A DNA stretch of 63,921 nt, filler included, from Octopus bimaculoides (taxonomy: Eukaryota), in NCBI RefSeq assembly GCF_001194135.2. It is 5 parts of 5 records of this genome, joined end to end, with 100 filler letters (N's around TTAATTAATTAA, not from the genome) between each part and the next. Parts side by side here need not be neighbours in the genome. Positions count along the whole stretch, not along the records: positions 1 to 6,320 come from NC_068993.1; positions 6,421 to 30,280 come from NC_068996.1; 3 more parts are not named here. One strand, written 5' to 3'. The notes beneath the pieces were generated by a model, which did no database searches, was not told the origin of the DNA, and saw nothing but the letters and a program-made list of their open reading frames with translations. A program made the translations under genes and the position numbers. Positions 1-12,180 of the stretch are shown here, one piece after another; within the stretch, counting starts at the first letter, position 1; every line of letters begins with the position of its first letter.

Positions 1-29
<29 letters not shown>

Positions 30-33
<4 letters not shown>

Positions 34-215
34 CAGTGCTTGTTCCCCCGCTATCGCATGACAGCCGATGTTGGTATGTAACATAGCGGTTCGATAAAAA
101 GGAACCAATAGCATAAGTAATAGGCTTGCAAAGATTAAGTCCTGGTATTGATTTGTTCGACTAAAGGCGGCGATCTAGCATGGCCGTAGTCAAATGAGTG
201 AAACAAATGTGTATA
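30..215 (+). mobile_element. 3' half of a bipartite SINE (follows a (TG)n tract)
   Basis: AATAAGT..AGGCTT.CAAAGA.TAAGTCCTGG...GACTAAAGGCGG..CTAGCATGGCCGTAGTCAAATGA.TGAAACAA matches the 3' halves at 26000-26210 and 35545-35735. Confidence 0.7.
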
Positions 216-429
216 TATATATATATATATATATACGCGCGCGCGCACACACACACACACACACACATAGACACAGAACATACACAAACATATATATATA
301 TCTATACATTCATCTTCACCCACTGTTTCTGGAAGGGTCGTGGAAGCAGTCCTCAGATGCCTCCTAAATGTCCTGTCAAAAGCAACCGTCAGCTCATTTC
401 AATCTGGATTCCCAAGCGTGACTAATTGA

Positions 430-900
430 GACTATAGTTATCATCCAGCCATCTCGTTCTTGCTCCACCCTGGTTCTCCTGCCGGTTGACTTGACTTTCG
501 ACTCTTTTCTATAATATTCTAATCACACAACCGTATTACTGGGACTGTAATCGCTGGCTGCAGAGAAGTAGCAGCTCGAATTGGAGAGACTCCTTGATCT
601 CCGAGTTACCCTATCGAGTAATGTTACTCCAGAGACACTTTGGCAGAACCCCATTGCAGCAGCTAGAATTAGTGGTCGTACTCTTTTGGTCATTACTCAA
701 CATTGATTATCATAGTTGAAGGCAGGCACAAAAGCCGTACTATGATAGCAAATAAGTTCAATTTGCAAGGGATTCAAAGGAACAACCATACAACATCCTC
801 AGTTGTATGGATAGTGGGGGTCTATTGGTAAAATGTATTGCAGTCTCCGACCGATGCCAGCACGATCGGTTCTAAGCCTGCAACTCATCCTAGGAGGTAT
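430..900 (-). mobile_element. Degraded RTE-clade LINE, 3' end of ORF
   Basis: Manual minus-strand translation gives ..FVPAFNYDNQC*VMTKRVRPLILAAAMGFCQSVSGVTLLDRV.. and ..GGARTRWLDD. These resemble the RTE C-terminal motifs (PTLTYG.E.W, MxFLRRxxGVTLLDR, GRPRTRW). Contains stops and frameshifts. Confidence 0.65.
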
Positions 901-2246
901 GGTGTGAAAGCACAGAAGATAAATGTCCTGGGACCTCGAATTGGGTCCAGCTGGGGACAACCGTTAAGGATTAGGAACTGGAGTGCCACTACCTCTAAGT
1001 GTGGTTAAGGCTTTTAACATAACTTCAAGTTCTTTCCAACTGCGCAGGACATTTGGCGAGTATCTACTGTTTGACATCCGCGTGGACTCATGTCTTATGA
1101 GTGAGTTATTAGACAGAAACTGTGAGAGACTCACATACATATGCACACACACGCACATATACGCACACATATTTGTATATATATTTTACATGTGGTTGTG
1201 TGTTTCTGCGTGTCTATCTATGTACACGTCTATGATATAAATTAAGGAAATAACCCTTCTGATCATTCAGAATGGCAATATTTTCGCAGCCTCTAGATAA
1301 GGCTGTCTTTGGATAAGTAAAACCCATTCACGTTAACTGGTTCTGAAATCGTAAAGGAATTTGTTGACAGCTACTTACTGCTAATATGTAATGTTAGGTT
1401 CAGTGACTGATAAGTGTTTCTATGTTGAGGAACCCCTGCGCGATATGCAAAAATAATCTCCATTCCTCTAGTTACACATTTCAGTAATACGATTTTCAGT
1501 AAAGTTCACTGAACATAATGGAGGCTTATGGAAACGTCAATAAAATATTTTATTGGAGCAATGCGTCTGCCTCTAACCATTCCTCATCCTTTTGTCTTGC
1601 TTTTATATTTTTTGTTTGTTGGGGGGGGGGGNNNNNNNNNNNNNNNNNNNNNNNNNNNNNNNNNNNNNNNNNNNNNNNNNNNNNNNNNNNNNNNNNNNNN
1701 NNNNNNNNNNNNNNNNNNNNNNNNNNNNNNNNNNNNNNNNNNNNNNNNNNNNNNNNNNNNNNNNNNNNNNNNNNNNNNNNNNNNNNNNNNNNNNNNNNNN
1801 NNNNNNNNNNNNNNNNNNNNNNNNNNNNNNNNNNNNNNNNNNNNNNNNNNNNNNNNNNNNNNNNNNNNNNNNNNNNNNNNNNNNNNNNNNNNNNNNNNNN
1901 NNNNNNNNNNNNNNNNNNNNNNNNNNNNNNNNNNNNNNNNNNNNNNNNNNNNNNNNNNNNNNNNNNNNNNNNNNNNNNNNNNNNNNNNNNNNNNNNNNNN
2001 NNNNNNNNNNNNNNNNNNNNNNNNNNNNNNNNNNNNNNNNNNNNNNNNNNNNNNNNNNNNNNNNNNNNNNNNNNNNNNNNNNNNNNNNNNNNNNNNNNNN
2101 NNNNNNNNNNNNNNNNNNNNNNNNNNNNNNNNNNNNNNNNNNNNNNNNNNNNNNNNNNNNNNNNNNNNNNNNNNNNNNNNNNNNNNNNNNNNNNNNNNNN
2201 NNNNNNNNNNNNNNNNNNNNNNNNNNNNNNNNNNNNNNNNNNNNNN

Positions 2247-2292
<46 letters not shown>

Positions 2293-2855
2293 CATATACG
2301 GTGGCATGTATGTGTGTCTTTTTTGTATGTCTGCGTGTGTACTTGTGTTTATGAAAGAGCCATGTCTTGAATAGTAAATCTCAGGAAACAAAATACTTTT
2401 ATATTCTAGCTGCGACCCTTACATAAATTTCAAATGGCTTTCGTATTGGGTTTCTAATTTGAAATTCTCACCAGTCCTCAATTAGAATTACTTTAGCCAC
2501 ATTTATAACCATTTCTTATCTGTTCTGTTAAACGGTGTTAATTAACACCTAACACTCTCCTATAACACGCTGCAATTATGGCTTTCAGATTTCACTTAAA
2601 ACGCAAAGCACCACAGTGCATAGCGTGTTTGAATTTGCTTCTGTATGGCGGCTAAAGGGTTGCTGTTTTAAAGGAGAATTTAAGAAACAGTTTCGTGTCA
2701 ATGGCTTGTGGTTTCTGATTTCTTATCGTTTTCATGCCATTAACCTGTGATTTTTCGTTAAGTAGGTTTCATCTATCTTGCTGACATTTTTCATATATTC
2801 TTCTACCTAGTCCATATTTTACAAATTCCTCTATCTTGACCACTTGTTATATATA

Positions 2856-3337
2856 CAGTGGGAGGGAAATAAATATTCGTACATGTCAAAATTCTTTACT
2901 TATTTAATTTCTAATGAACGTAAATGGGATGTACCAATACTATATTTGCATATACATACATAAACTAAGAATATGCAAAAGAAACTAATAAATTATAGTA
3001 ACTAATGAATTTATATACAAATATAAATATTTAGGGGTGAAAAAGGTATTCGTACAGAACATAAATAACTGATAATTCTGATTTAATACTTCGTAGCATA
3101 ACCATTATTCAGTTCCACTTCAACCAATCTCTTCTTGTAGTTCTTAATCAATGAATCGCATGTTTCTTTAGGAATTTTTTCCCATTCTTCTTGACAAATT
3201 TTCTTCAAATCTGGAATGCACATTGGGGCTCTTGAATTAATATTAATTTTCAAATAACGCCACAAATTCTCAATGGGGTTCAAGTCAGGTGACTGGCTTG
3301 CCCATTCTAATAATTTTATATTGTGATTTTATTCATA
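2856..3337 (-). mobile_element. Tc1-family transposon 3' fragment with terminal repeat
   Basis: Minus strand reads [20 protein letters not shown]...[35 protein letters not shown] (DDE third-acid motif SPDLNPIE). Element end is TA|CAGTGG at 2854-2861. Confidence 0.85.
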
Positions 3338-3631
3338 GCTCCATGTCACACAGCGAAAAGGAATCAACAATGGCTGACTGAAAATGGGATCAGAAAGCTT
3401 CCTTGGTCGAGCCAATTTCCTGATATGAACCCAATTGAAAATCTTTGGAGCATACTAGATAGAGCTATACGAAAATTTCGATAGAAACCTAAATGTAAAC
3501 ATGAATTGCTTCGATTGTTGCTTGAAAAGTGGACAGAAATTCCACAAGAGACAATCACAAAGCACATAAGTTCAATGCCAAAAAGAGTTTCTGAATTAAA
3601 AACTGTAAAAGTAATCTCAACTAAATACTAA
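3338..3631 (+). mobile_element. Second, different Tc1-family transposase 3' fragment
   Basis: Plus strand reads APCHTAKRNQQWLTENGIRKLPWSSQFPDMNPIENLWSILDRAIRKFR*KPKCK...SMPKRVSELKTVKVISTKY*. One internal stop. Not in the ORF track. Confidence 0.85.
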
Positions 3632-3768
3632 AGTATGTAGTCCTACCTACCGATTACATTTCAATTGTTCCTGCATGTCAGTATATATNNNNNNNNNNNN
3701 NNNNNNNNNNNNNNNNNNNNNNNNNNNNNNNNNNNNNNNNNNNNNNNNNNNNNNNNNNNNTGTATATA

Positions 3769-3804
<36 letters not shown>

Positions 3805-4589
3805 TATATTCTTGTATTTCCGGATGGTCATTTTCTTTTTTCTTTTTTTGGGGGGGACAAATAGATACACGCACTATATATTCTTTCTTCACTCATTTAT
3901 TATTGCTCTTATTTTAACTCATGTCCGGAAATCTTTCGCCACACATCTGTGACCTCTCCAGCGATGCTTTCTGTCCTCGTGTTGCTCCTGCTCCGCTTAG
4001 TCCATTCTTAGTCCATTCATGGTGTGTAACCTGATATTAGCATGCGGTTTCGTCTGTATGTGTATGTGTGTGTACATGTGTGTGTTTCTGTGTTTGTTTG
4101 TGTGCGTGTGTGTGTGTGTGCACATGTGTGAGTGAGCTTACGCTTGTCTATGTGTTTCTCATGTGTCTATGTGTGCATATACATGCTTATTCCCTTTATA
4201 CTGTTGTCATCCTTATAGTCGTTGTTCTTAGTAACCCTATGGGTCCCCACTCACCGCCATCCCTTCCTCCATTGCCGTTGCTGCTGCCCTTGAGCCCAAC
4301 CTTTGGTACTGTTCCTGTGTCTCTCTGTGGTACAAGAACGGTACCAAAAGTCGGGGTCAAGGGCAGCAGCAGCGGCAACGGGGGGAGAGGACGGGATGGG
4401 AGAAAGGTTATGGTGCTACTAAAAAGAACGACGATAACGATGATAACAATATAAAGAACATAGGCCCATATATACACACATAAGCGCACATGCGAAACAC
4501 GTACACACGCATTGGTACACACATGCACACGTACACGCACACACGCACACAAACACACATACATTTACACACACAAATACAGACACAAA

Positions 4590-5530
4590 CCTCCTCTGAT
4601 ATGTGACATTTGGTGGATGAGGGAGTTCAACGTTGCTGCCCTCATCTGTGTTTCTTGCCTAGTGGTAGGTCCATCTGAAACACTTGACAGAAGGAGATCT
4701 AGGTATATTTTTAAAATGCCTACATCCACTGCATGCAGGTCTTTCAGGCTTTATGTGAGGATAGTGAAGAGCTGTGAGCCTTTGAAGCCCAAACTGTTGC
4801 AGTATCTGGTCCCTGTATCCTGATGGGAATGTTGGGACCTTTTGTACCATGCAGTAGCTTCCGTGCTAATGTTTGTGTAAGAGACAATGCCAAAGTTTGA
4901 AACAAGTTTTTCTAAGATTTTCCAGATGTATATTACTGCACACCTTTCTCGCTTTTGCTCCAGGGAGTACAGTCGTAACTCTTTCAATCTCTTCCATTAG
5001 CTAATATGTCGCATTGTATCGATTTTCTTTGTGTAGTTTTGCTTGATTGCCTCGAGTTCCTTCGTTAGTATTACACTGTTTGTTGACCACAGTTGGGAGC
5101 AGTAATCCAAAGGGCTGAGAATGAATGTCTTCCAGAGGACCATTATGGTTTCCATTTCTCTCGTTTTGAAAATTCTAAGGATCCACCTGGCCAGACATCT
5201 GCATTTTATTGCCAACTTGGTTAATGTGCATCTGGAAAGATGCATCATTACTCATGTCAAGCCCAGGTCACGCACTGATTTTGATTCAAGGATTGAAATC
5301 CTTTCTGGGCCAGTGTATCCTATCTGTTTTTCATGGAGCATCTTATGTTGGTAGCGCAGGGCTTGGAATTTTCCAGCATTAAACTGCATGTTATTTTTCC
5401 CAGCACACCTGTATATTGCGTCCAACTCACGTTACTGATGCACAACGCCTCCAGGATTCTGTATCCTCTGAGAGACTTTTGTATCATCTATATAAGTAGC
5501 AAGGGTGGCTACTTGAGTCGTTGAGGTCAT
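4590..5530 (-). mobile_element. CR1/L2-group LINE, RT core to 3' end (degraded)
   Basis: YIDD catalytic-like motif (ATLATYIDDTKVSQ, 5483-5494), then WILRIFKTRE..LWKTFILSPLDYCSQLWS and LRLYSLEQKRER..IYIWKILE, typical of CR1-type RT C-termini. Frameshifted. Confidence 0.8.
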
Positions 5531-5590
5531 GTCAAAGTCGAGGTGTATCATGTCCACATTTGAGTTATTGAGCAGCTGTTTTAGCACCCA

Positions 5591-5628
<38 letters not shown>

Positions 5629-5694
5629 TGTGTGTGTGTATACATATATATGTGTATATGTGGTTGTGTATATATATGTCTATATGTATATGTC

Positions 5695-5753
<59 letters not shown>

Positions 5754-6246
5754 GTCTATGTGTATATATATACATATACATCTGTGTGTATGTATGTCTA
5801 TGTGCGTATATATGTGTGCCCGTGCGTGTATGTGTATGCATGTGTGTGTATGTGTGTGCGTGTGTGTTTGTACATATAAGCATTCACCCAAATTCGCCTG
5901 CTCGCGAACACATGCAAAAATATCTACAAGGGGAATTTTCACGCAATAGTATGTGTTTGTTCATAATTTCCTCTTTCAAAACTAAGTTCTGATATTTTCT
6001 ATTCACAACATAATACAACAAACCGGCTTCCCTACGCCCACTTACACGCGCATTCTCCAGAGTGTTTCTTCTTAATAATTACATTGAAGAACAGGTATTT
6101 TTCCCTACATCATCTTTTTTAAGCTAGCTTTCTATTGCCATGGGCTCTGAATGTCATTCAGTAAAAACATTTAGCACGATCTACATACAATGTATGTGTG
6201 TGCGTGGGAGCTCATGTCTGTGCGCGCTCGCATGTTTGGGTACGTG

Positions 6247-6284
<38 letters not shown>

Positions 6285-6320
6285 TGTGTATACGTTGCAT
6301 GTATATGTATATATATATAT

Positions 6321-6420
6321 NNNNNNNNNNNNNNNNNNNNNNNNNNNNNNNNNNNNNNNNNNNNTTAATTAATTAANNNNNNNNNNNNNNNNNNNNNNNN
6401 NNNNNNNNNNNNNNNNNNNN
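6321..6420. other. Artificial scaffold join (44 N + TTAATTAATTAA + 44 N)
   Basis: Spacer at 6365-6376. Palindromic, gives a stop in all six frames, and has identical geometry at four sites. Confidence 0.95.
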
Positions 6421-6464
<44 letters not shown>

Positions 6465-6975
6465 CAACAGCAGCATTTTTTTATCATCCATTTTCCTTGT
6501 TGATAAAAAATTTCTTCCAGTGATGTTTAACACTGGAACAATAAGCAAATGAAATATATCCAGTAAACTAAGTTGATTTCAATTTTTGGACAAAATACAT
6601 ATTGAATATGTTTTGCTGTGGAGGTCTAAGATGAAAGTAAGTCTGTTGCTTTCAACAGTTAACTTTAAAGACAAGATCCATCCACTCCAGCTAATCTGAC
6701 GCTATTTTGAATTGATCTTATAGTTATCTCCCTTGCTTCTTGATTTTAGATCTTAACACTGAGAGAAAGTTCTTGTTTGGATAATGTCAGTCACAATGTT
6801 TAAACTCTGTATTACCAATACCCTATTGTATTGATATTTAGTATACAGAATGCTCCCTTGAGAACCTCTTTTCGAATAGATGTTGATCACACACTAGTTA
6901 CCCTGAAACTTCGCATTTTCTATATAACTCTTGTCAAATTAAGATCTGCTGTTTCTCAGAAAGATCTATTTAGAC

Positions 6976-8481
6976 CAGAGTTCACCAAACTTTTTCGACC
7001 ATTGACACCTCCTCTTAGCCACTTTTTCCACATTGACCATCCTCCTCATTTAAAATATCTTAATACCCTACCGTACCATATCTTAAATGCATACTGGGTA
7101 CTGATGCTCGCAATTAAAATGTCATCTAAAATATACATGTACAACAAATTAAGAAATTCTATTGAAGATGACACTTTTTACATTTAAAACTACGGATCTT
7201 GTCTTTCTCATTCACAAAATGAGCCCCCTTTAATTTTGTTCAGATTGCTTTCAATTTTGGTGTATCGATGCAGCTCTGAATTTTGATTACAGTCAACCAA
7301 TTTCTCTATCTCGTAAATTAAAGTATTTGATGTTATTTGGAATTAAAGTTGGGAAATTTGGGTAATTTTAGCCATTCAACAGACAGCATGACATTAGCAG
7401 CTTGTTACCATGACAACTGCACGCTATGTTGTGGTTCACCGTTGTCTGTGCCACTGTTATCTATGTTGATTTTTCACACTTGATTCTTCACACCATGAGA
7501 TTCTTTTCACCTGCATGTTTTGTTTTAATTTTTCTGTGTGTTAGTTGTTGACCAGTGTTATTTCTGATCGTAGTTTACAAGTCCAAGCATGAAAATGTTA
7601 CTCAACTTTAGAGTTTTGGAGACAGACGCCCCCTTCACACACACACACACACATTAATGCATAGATGTACATATAAACTTATATATGAATACATACATCC
7701 ACATTCACTTATCTATTAATTATGTACACAAATACATGACAGGTATACATGATACTGAAATAGGCATAAAGTAAAAACATGCAGACAAATGTATTAATAT
7801 AACAAATTTTAAAAAGTAATAAAAACATACAATCAATGAAGAGACAAAAGAAAAAGTACAATGATACATGTTGATTTTATTAGGTATTTCTGTTTATTTA
7901 GAAACCTACAATGAACAGGTCATGTTACAGATGCTAAACTATAAATTTCACAGGGTACAACCTTAAAATTGACACCGCTCTGCTAATCACAGAAAATTTC
8001 TGTCTCACTATTAGCTAAAAAAAAAAGTTTTTCCAAACCTCTGTAACTCTTTCCTACAGTTTTTTTCTCCACAACATCATACCTTCACAGCAATGAGATT
8101 GGAAGACTACATTATTATAGCCAATATTCAGATTTTTTACTTCCTTTTAAAAAATACATATTTTGCGAATGAAAAAAAACTAGATCTAAAACTACATGTA
8201 CAAATGTACAAGTATGCAGTATTAAACTTTCAAGTTTTATGAAATTGTTTCCATGATTAGAAAATGTGAAAAACGCATCATATTGCTGGAATATCTTTTA
8301 TTGAAATTGACAACATCAATGTGAGGGTTGAGCATGGTGCTCACTAACTATTTCAAGCAGTTCATCTAGGTGAGCTGGTCTTTCGCATGCCAACGCCCAT
8401 TCAACCCTTGGCTATCATCAAACCCCTGTAATTCCTTGCCGACCCCTAAGGGGTCCCTCAGTCCCCACTTGGCAACCCCTG
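6976..8481 (-). mobile_element. Non-autonomous hAT (Buster/Charlie-type) element
   Basis: Identical 8-bp TSD ATTTAGAC at 6968-6975 and 8482-8489 (central TA). Imperfect TIRs CAGAGTTCACCAAA / CAGGGGTTGCCAAG. Transposase C-terminal remnant LDELLEIVSEHHAQPSH* on minus strand at 8316-8369. Confidence 0.75.
7225..7445 (+). repeat. Dispersed repeat, copy 1 (second copy at 33560-33790)
   Basis: About 220 bp alignable by eye with 33560-33790 (AAAATGAGCCCC..TTAATTTTG.TCAGATTGCTTTCAATTTTGGTGTATCGATGCA...GCAGCTTGTTACCATGACAACTGCAC). Confidence 0.8.
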
Positions 8482-8539
8482 ATTTAGACAATATACATGA
8501 AATATCTTAGACATACTAAAAAGAAAAGCAGTTATACTC

Positions 8540-8710
8540 TACAGGGTGATTGGTGTTAGGAAGGGCATCCAGCCATAAGAACCATGCCAAAACAAATACA
8601 GTAGCCTGGGATAGTCTTCTACTTGGCCGGTTCCTGTCTAACCATCCAACTCATGCTAGCATGGAAAATGGGCATTAAATGATGATGATGATGATGATGA
8701 TGATGATACA
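8540..8710 (+). mobile_element. LINE/SINE 3' tail ending in (ATG)n
   Basis: GGTGTTAGGAAGGGCATCCAGCC...CATCCAACTCATGCTAGCATGGAAAATGGGCATTAAATGATGATG. A simple-repeat tail typical of RTE-associated 3' ends; the family assignment is from memory. Confidence 0.45.
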
Positions 8711-8979
8711 CAGGTTTGAAATCCACTAATGTGATTGTTTGGTGAATATAAGAGACAAGTACTTAATTTAAGTGCAAGTTGTTTATTAGTATATTGAATA
8801 AATTAGTATAGATGTGTGTGCATATGCATACACACTTATGAATTTATTCTCTGTCTTAAAAATTCATCTCCATGAGAAATACAGACCTGGTCTGACCAAT
8901 ATATATATATATATGTAGAGAGAGGAGGGGGCAAACAGATGTATTTATGTGAGGGGTGTGTGTGTCTGTGTATTGAGTG

Positions 8980-9160
8980 AGGCTTAGTGGTCAGGATGTT
9001 GCACTCACAATCTCTAGACTGGGCGGTGCATTGTCTTCTTGAGCAAAACACTCCATTTGACATTGCTCTGCAATCATTTCAAAGCACACTTGTGCACCTA
9101 TACAGGCAGTATTGATTTGATGGAAGTAGCAATCTAATGTACATCATGTACATTTTATCA
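8980..9160 (+). mobile_element. tRNA-derived SINE (family 3)
   Basis: GGCTTAGTGGTCAGG (A-box-like) and GCATTGTCTTCTTGAGCAAAACACT, shared with 53505-53815(-) and 62560-62785(+). Confidence 0.6.
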
Positions 9161-9240
9161 CTATAAAAAATCCTTTGTGCAGGTCATCCAGCAAAAACTG
9201 AATGCTCATATGTCATCTTCAGCAGGAGATTCCACCATGC

Positions 9241-9271
<31 letters not shown>

Positions 9272-9873
9272 TAGTAGTGTACATTTAAACACAAAAGAGG
9301 TGACTCTTAACAAGCAGCCTTACATGCTAGAAGTAGCAGTCAAAATGACCAAAACCACATTTAAGAGCAATTTCAAAGGGAATGAAAAATAAAAACTTTT
9401 ACCTTGTTTTTTTTACAGCCATACCTAGGTTTCATAAAGCAAGATAAAAGTTTTTATTTTTCATTCCCCTCGAAATTCCTCTTAAATGTGGTTTTGGTCA
9501 TTTTGACTGCTACTTCTAGCTGCCTGATAAGGGTCGCCTCTTTTGTGTTTAAATGTACACTAATTTTATATGAAAAATATGTTGTCTAGTGACTTGTTAT
9601 AGATGCNNNNNNNNNNNNNNNNNNNNNNNNNNNNNNNNNNNNNNNNNNNNNNNNNNNNNNNNNNNNNNNNNNNNNNNNNNNNNNNNNNNNNNNNNNNNNN
9701 NNNNNNNNNNNNNNNNNNNNNNNNNNNNNNNNNNNNNNNNNNNNNNNNNNNNNNNNNNNNNNNNNNNNNNNNNNNNNNNNNNNNNNNNNNNNNNNNNNNN
9801 NNNNNNNNNNNNNNNNNNNNNNNNNNNNNNNNNNNNNNNNNNNNNNNNNNNNNNNNNNNNNNNNNNNNNNNNN

Positions 9874-10225
9874 AATAGCGTGATCAGGATAAATTATCCA
9901 TATAATGCAGAAAAATACGTTACTGGCCAGCCATGAGACTCGAACTCACATCTCTGTGATTACATGTCAAGTGTTTTACCATTAAACTAAACTGCCCAGC
10001 AACGAATTCTTCTGCAATTTTAGAACTTATAAATTTAGCTTCATAAGACGCTAACGTTAAATTCAACTTTACGATGAAAGTAAACAAACAAAGTTTGTCT
10101 TTAGAAGCATTGAGAAATGGTAAAACACTTGACATGTAATCACAGAGATGTGAGTTCGAGTTTCATGGCTGGCCGGTAACGTATTTTTCTGCATTATATG
10201 GATACTTTATCCTGATCACGCTATT
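9874..10225. mobile_element. Foldback/MITE-like element with 110-bp inverted arms containing tRNA-like sequence
   Basis: 9874-9983 is the reverse complement of 10116-10225 (3 mismatches), with a 132-bp spacer. The arm contains TGGTAAAACAC...GTGAGTTCGAGT (A/B-box-like). The left arm runs into an N gap. Confidence 0.8.
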
Positions 10226-12180
10226 CATAGCATTATCACGCGTTTGAGAAATAAATTTATTATATATATGCACACACTAATACAGATAGTAAGGCCCCAG
10301 ATGCGATGGCCATTTATGGTGATTGCTAACATGTTTCCAGTGTGCAACCAATCACAGCATCAAAAATGCCTGGAATAGGAGCATTGTCAACTCAATTGTC
10401 TCATATCCTTTGTATTGTCGTCAGCATCAGGGAACAAAGGTAGGGCACTGGGAAGCCAAGGGTTCTCCTACTCTAGTATTGGGGTGTGGAGGAAAATGTT
10501 TCAAGCAATCTTTACACTGCATTGTCTTGCAGCTATGGAGAGGAGACTGAGAATGGAAAAGGGTAAGGAAAATCTTGGGGACAGTAAAAAGAAAAAATGT
10601 AGGGAAGAGAAAAGGAATTGGTACAAGGTAAAAACAAGTTGGTTTCACTTGCAGAAGGGTGTCTATGCACTCTTAAGATCTTGGATGTCATTGTTGTGTG
10701 GATCAGTAGGGAAAACCCAATGTAAATGCTGAAGGAAGAACAGCAAGACGAGATGGGTGATCATAGCACTGAACAAACTATGGAAGAGAATGTGTGGATC
10801 TTAGGAGATAGTAAAGAATTTTTATTGTTTTATTTTGTTTTGTTTTTCTTAAATAAAGAAAACTAGCAACAGTAGCAACATCAATCACCTTCATCATTGT
10901 AGTCATTGTCATCATCATCAATATTAAGGGTAGTGGATTAGTAGAACTGATAGGAAGCTGACAAAGTATCTTGTAGTTTTTAGCTACATCTATTTATATT
11001 TTGTGGTTTTTAGCTACATCCATTTATAAGTTTCTCTGTTGTTGACTTAGTCTTTCATCCATCTGGGGTTAATCAAAATAAGTACAACTCAATGTAATCA
11101 AGTTAATGAGAAAAGACAATATGATCTTTGTTATAAGCAAGAGACAACTGTATACATAATTTCTTCTCTGCAAACAAATGGGAACTATATTATCCTGATA
11201 AAACCCCACAAACCAAAATATATGTACATAATTATACTTTACTGCAACAAAGATTTAAATCAACTCAACAATTTCTCATTTCCTCTAAATTATTTCCAGT
11301 TACTAGCATTGCCAAACATTTTTTTTTTTGTCTTCCACTTATGAGGAAAGTTTTTAAAAATTTTTTATTTAATGTGCATAGCATTCAATTCTACTGCCTT
11401 TTGACTTGTGTGAGAGTATGTGCAAGCATGCATGCCTATAAAGTTAGCCAAAAAATTTTTATTCTTTAACCTTTTAACATTTAAATCAATCTTATCTGGC
11501 CAAATATAATTTTATCTGTTTTACATTCAAACTGGCCATATCTGGCCTTTCCCATCTACCTATACTGTCATTCTAAAAACAAAATCTCAAAGTGACAAGA
11601 TTGTAGCAGAAGTGATTTACACTGTCATTATGTGTGAGATATTTTCATTATGGTTGTTTAGGCTTAAATACCCAGATATTGGCTCCACAGACCTTTTCAT
11701 TCCAGAAGGTCACATGAACTTGTGATTAGCTGAACTTGTTGTTTGTATTGGTCGGTTTCCAGCCATCCAATCATGTTGGCACAACAGTTCATTTTTCCTT
11801 ACATGGGAAATTAATTACCAGCTCTAGGAGCCTACTGATCTCTATAAGAATGGCAGTTCATGACTGCACTTTGTCTTTGGTACATGCCACTCGTCTCTGA
11901 CAATGACGTATCTGACACCAGCTAGTCTCCACTTTCATCTCTACCAGATACCTGCCTACATCATTGCTGTATGAAGACCACACAAACAACAGACCAATGG
12001 CTGCCTCTACATACCACCAAACAATATATCAACTATGTTTACAAGATCCAGCCTAACCACAAAGTCTCTCACACATCTTTGTTGTAACCTGTTATTTTAT
12101 TTTATTTCATGTATGGCATTCATTGTATTTTATAACGGAGAATAAATCGTTGTTTACCGGTTCATTTTCGTCTCATGTCA

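Noticed and set aside
1518-2374. Long ORFs spanning N runs (also 32596-33621, 38904-39566, 42648-43364, 45550-46275, 51091-51840, 55266-55779)
   Set aside because: Length comes only from X residues in assembly gaps plus dinucleotide tracts.
5529-5992. CV/YI/HT-repeat ORFs here and throughout the window
   Set aside because: Translations of (TG)n/(TA)n microsatellites, with no coding complexity.
10116-10170. Functional tRNA gene
   Set aside because: Acceptor-stem 5' strand absent, no clean cloverleaf, and duplicated as the arms of an inverted repeat.
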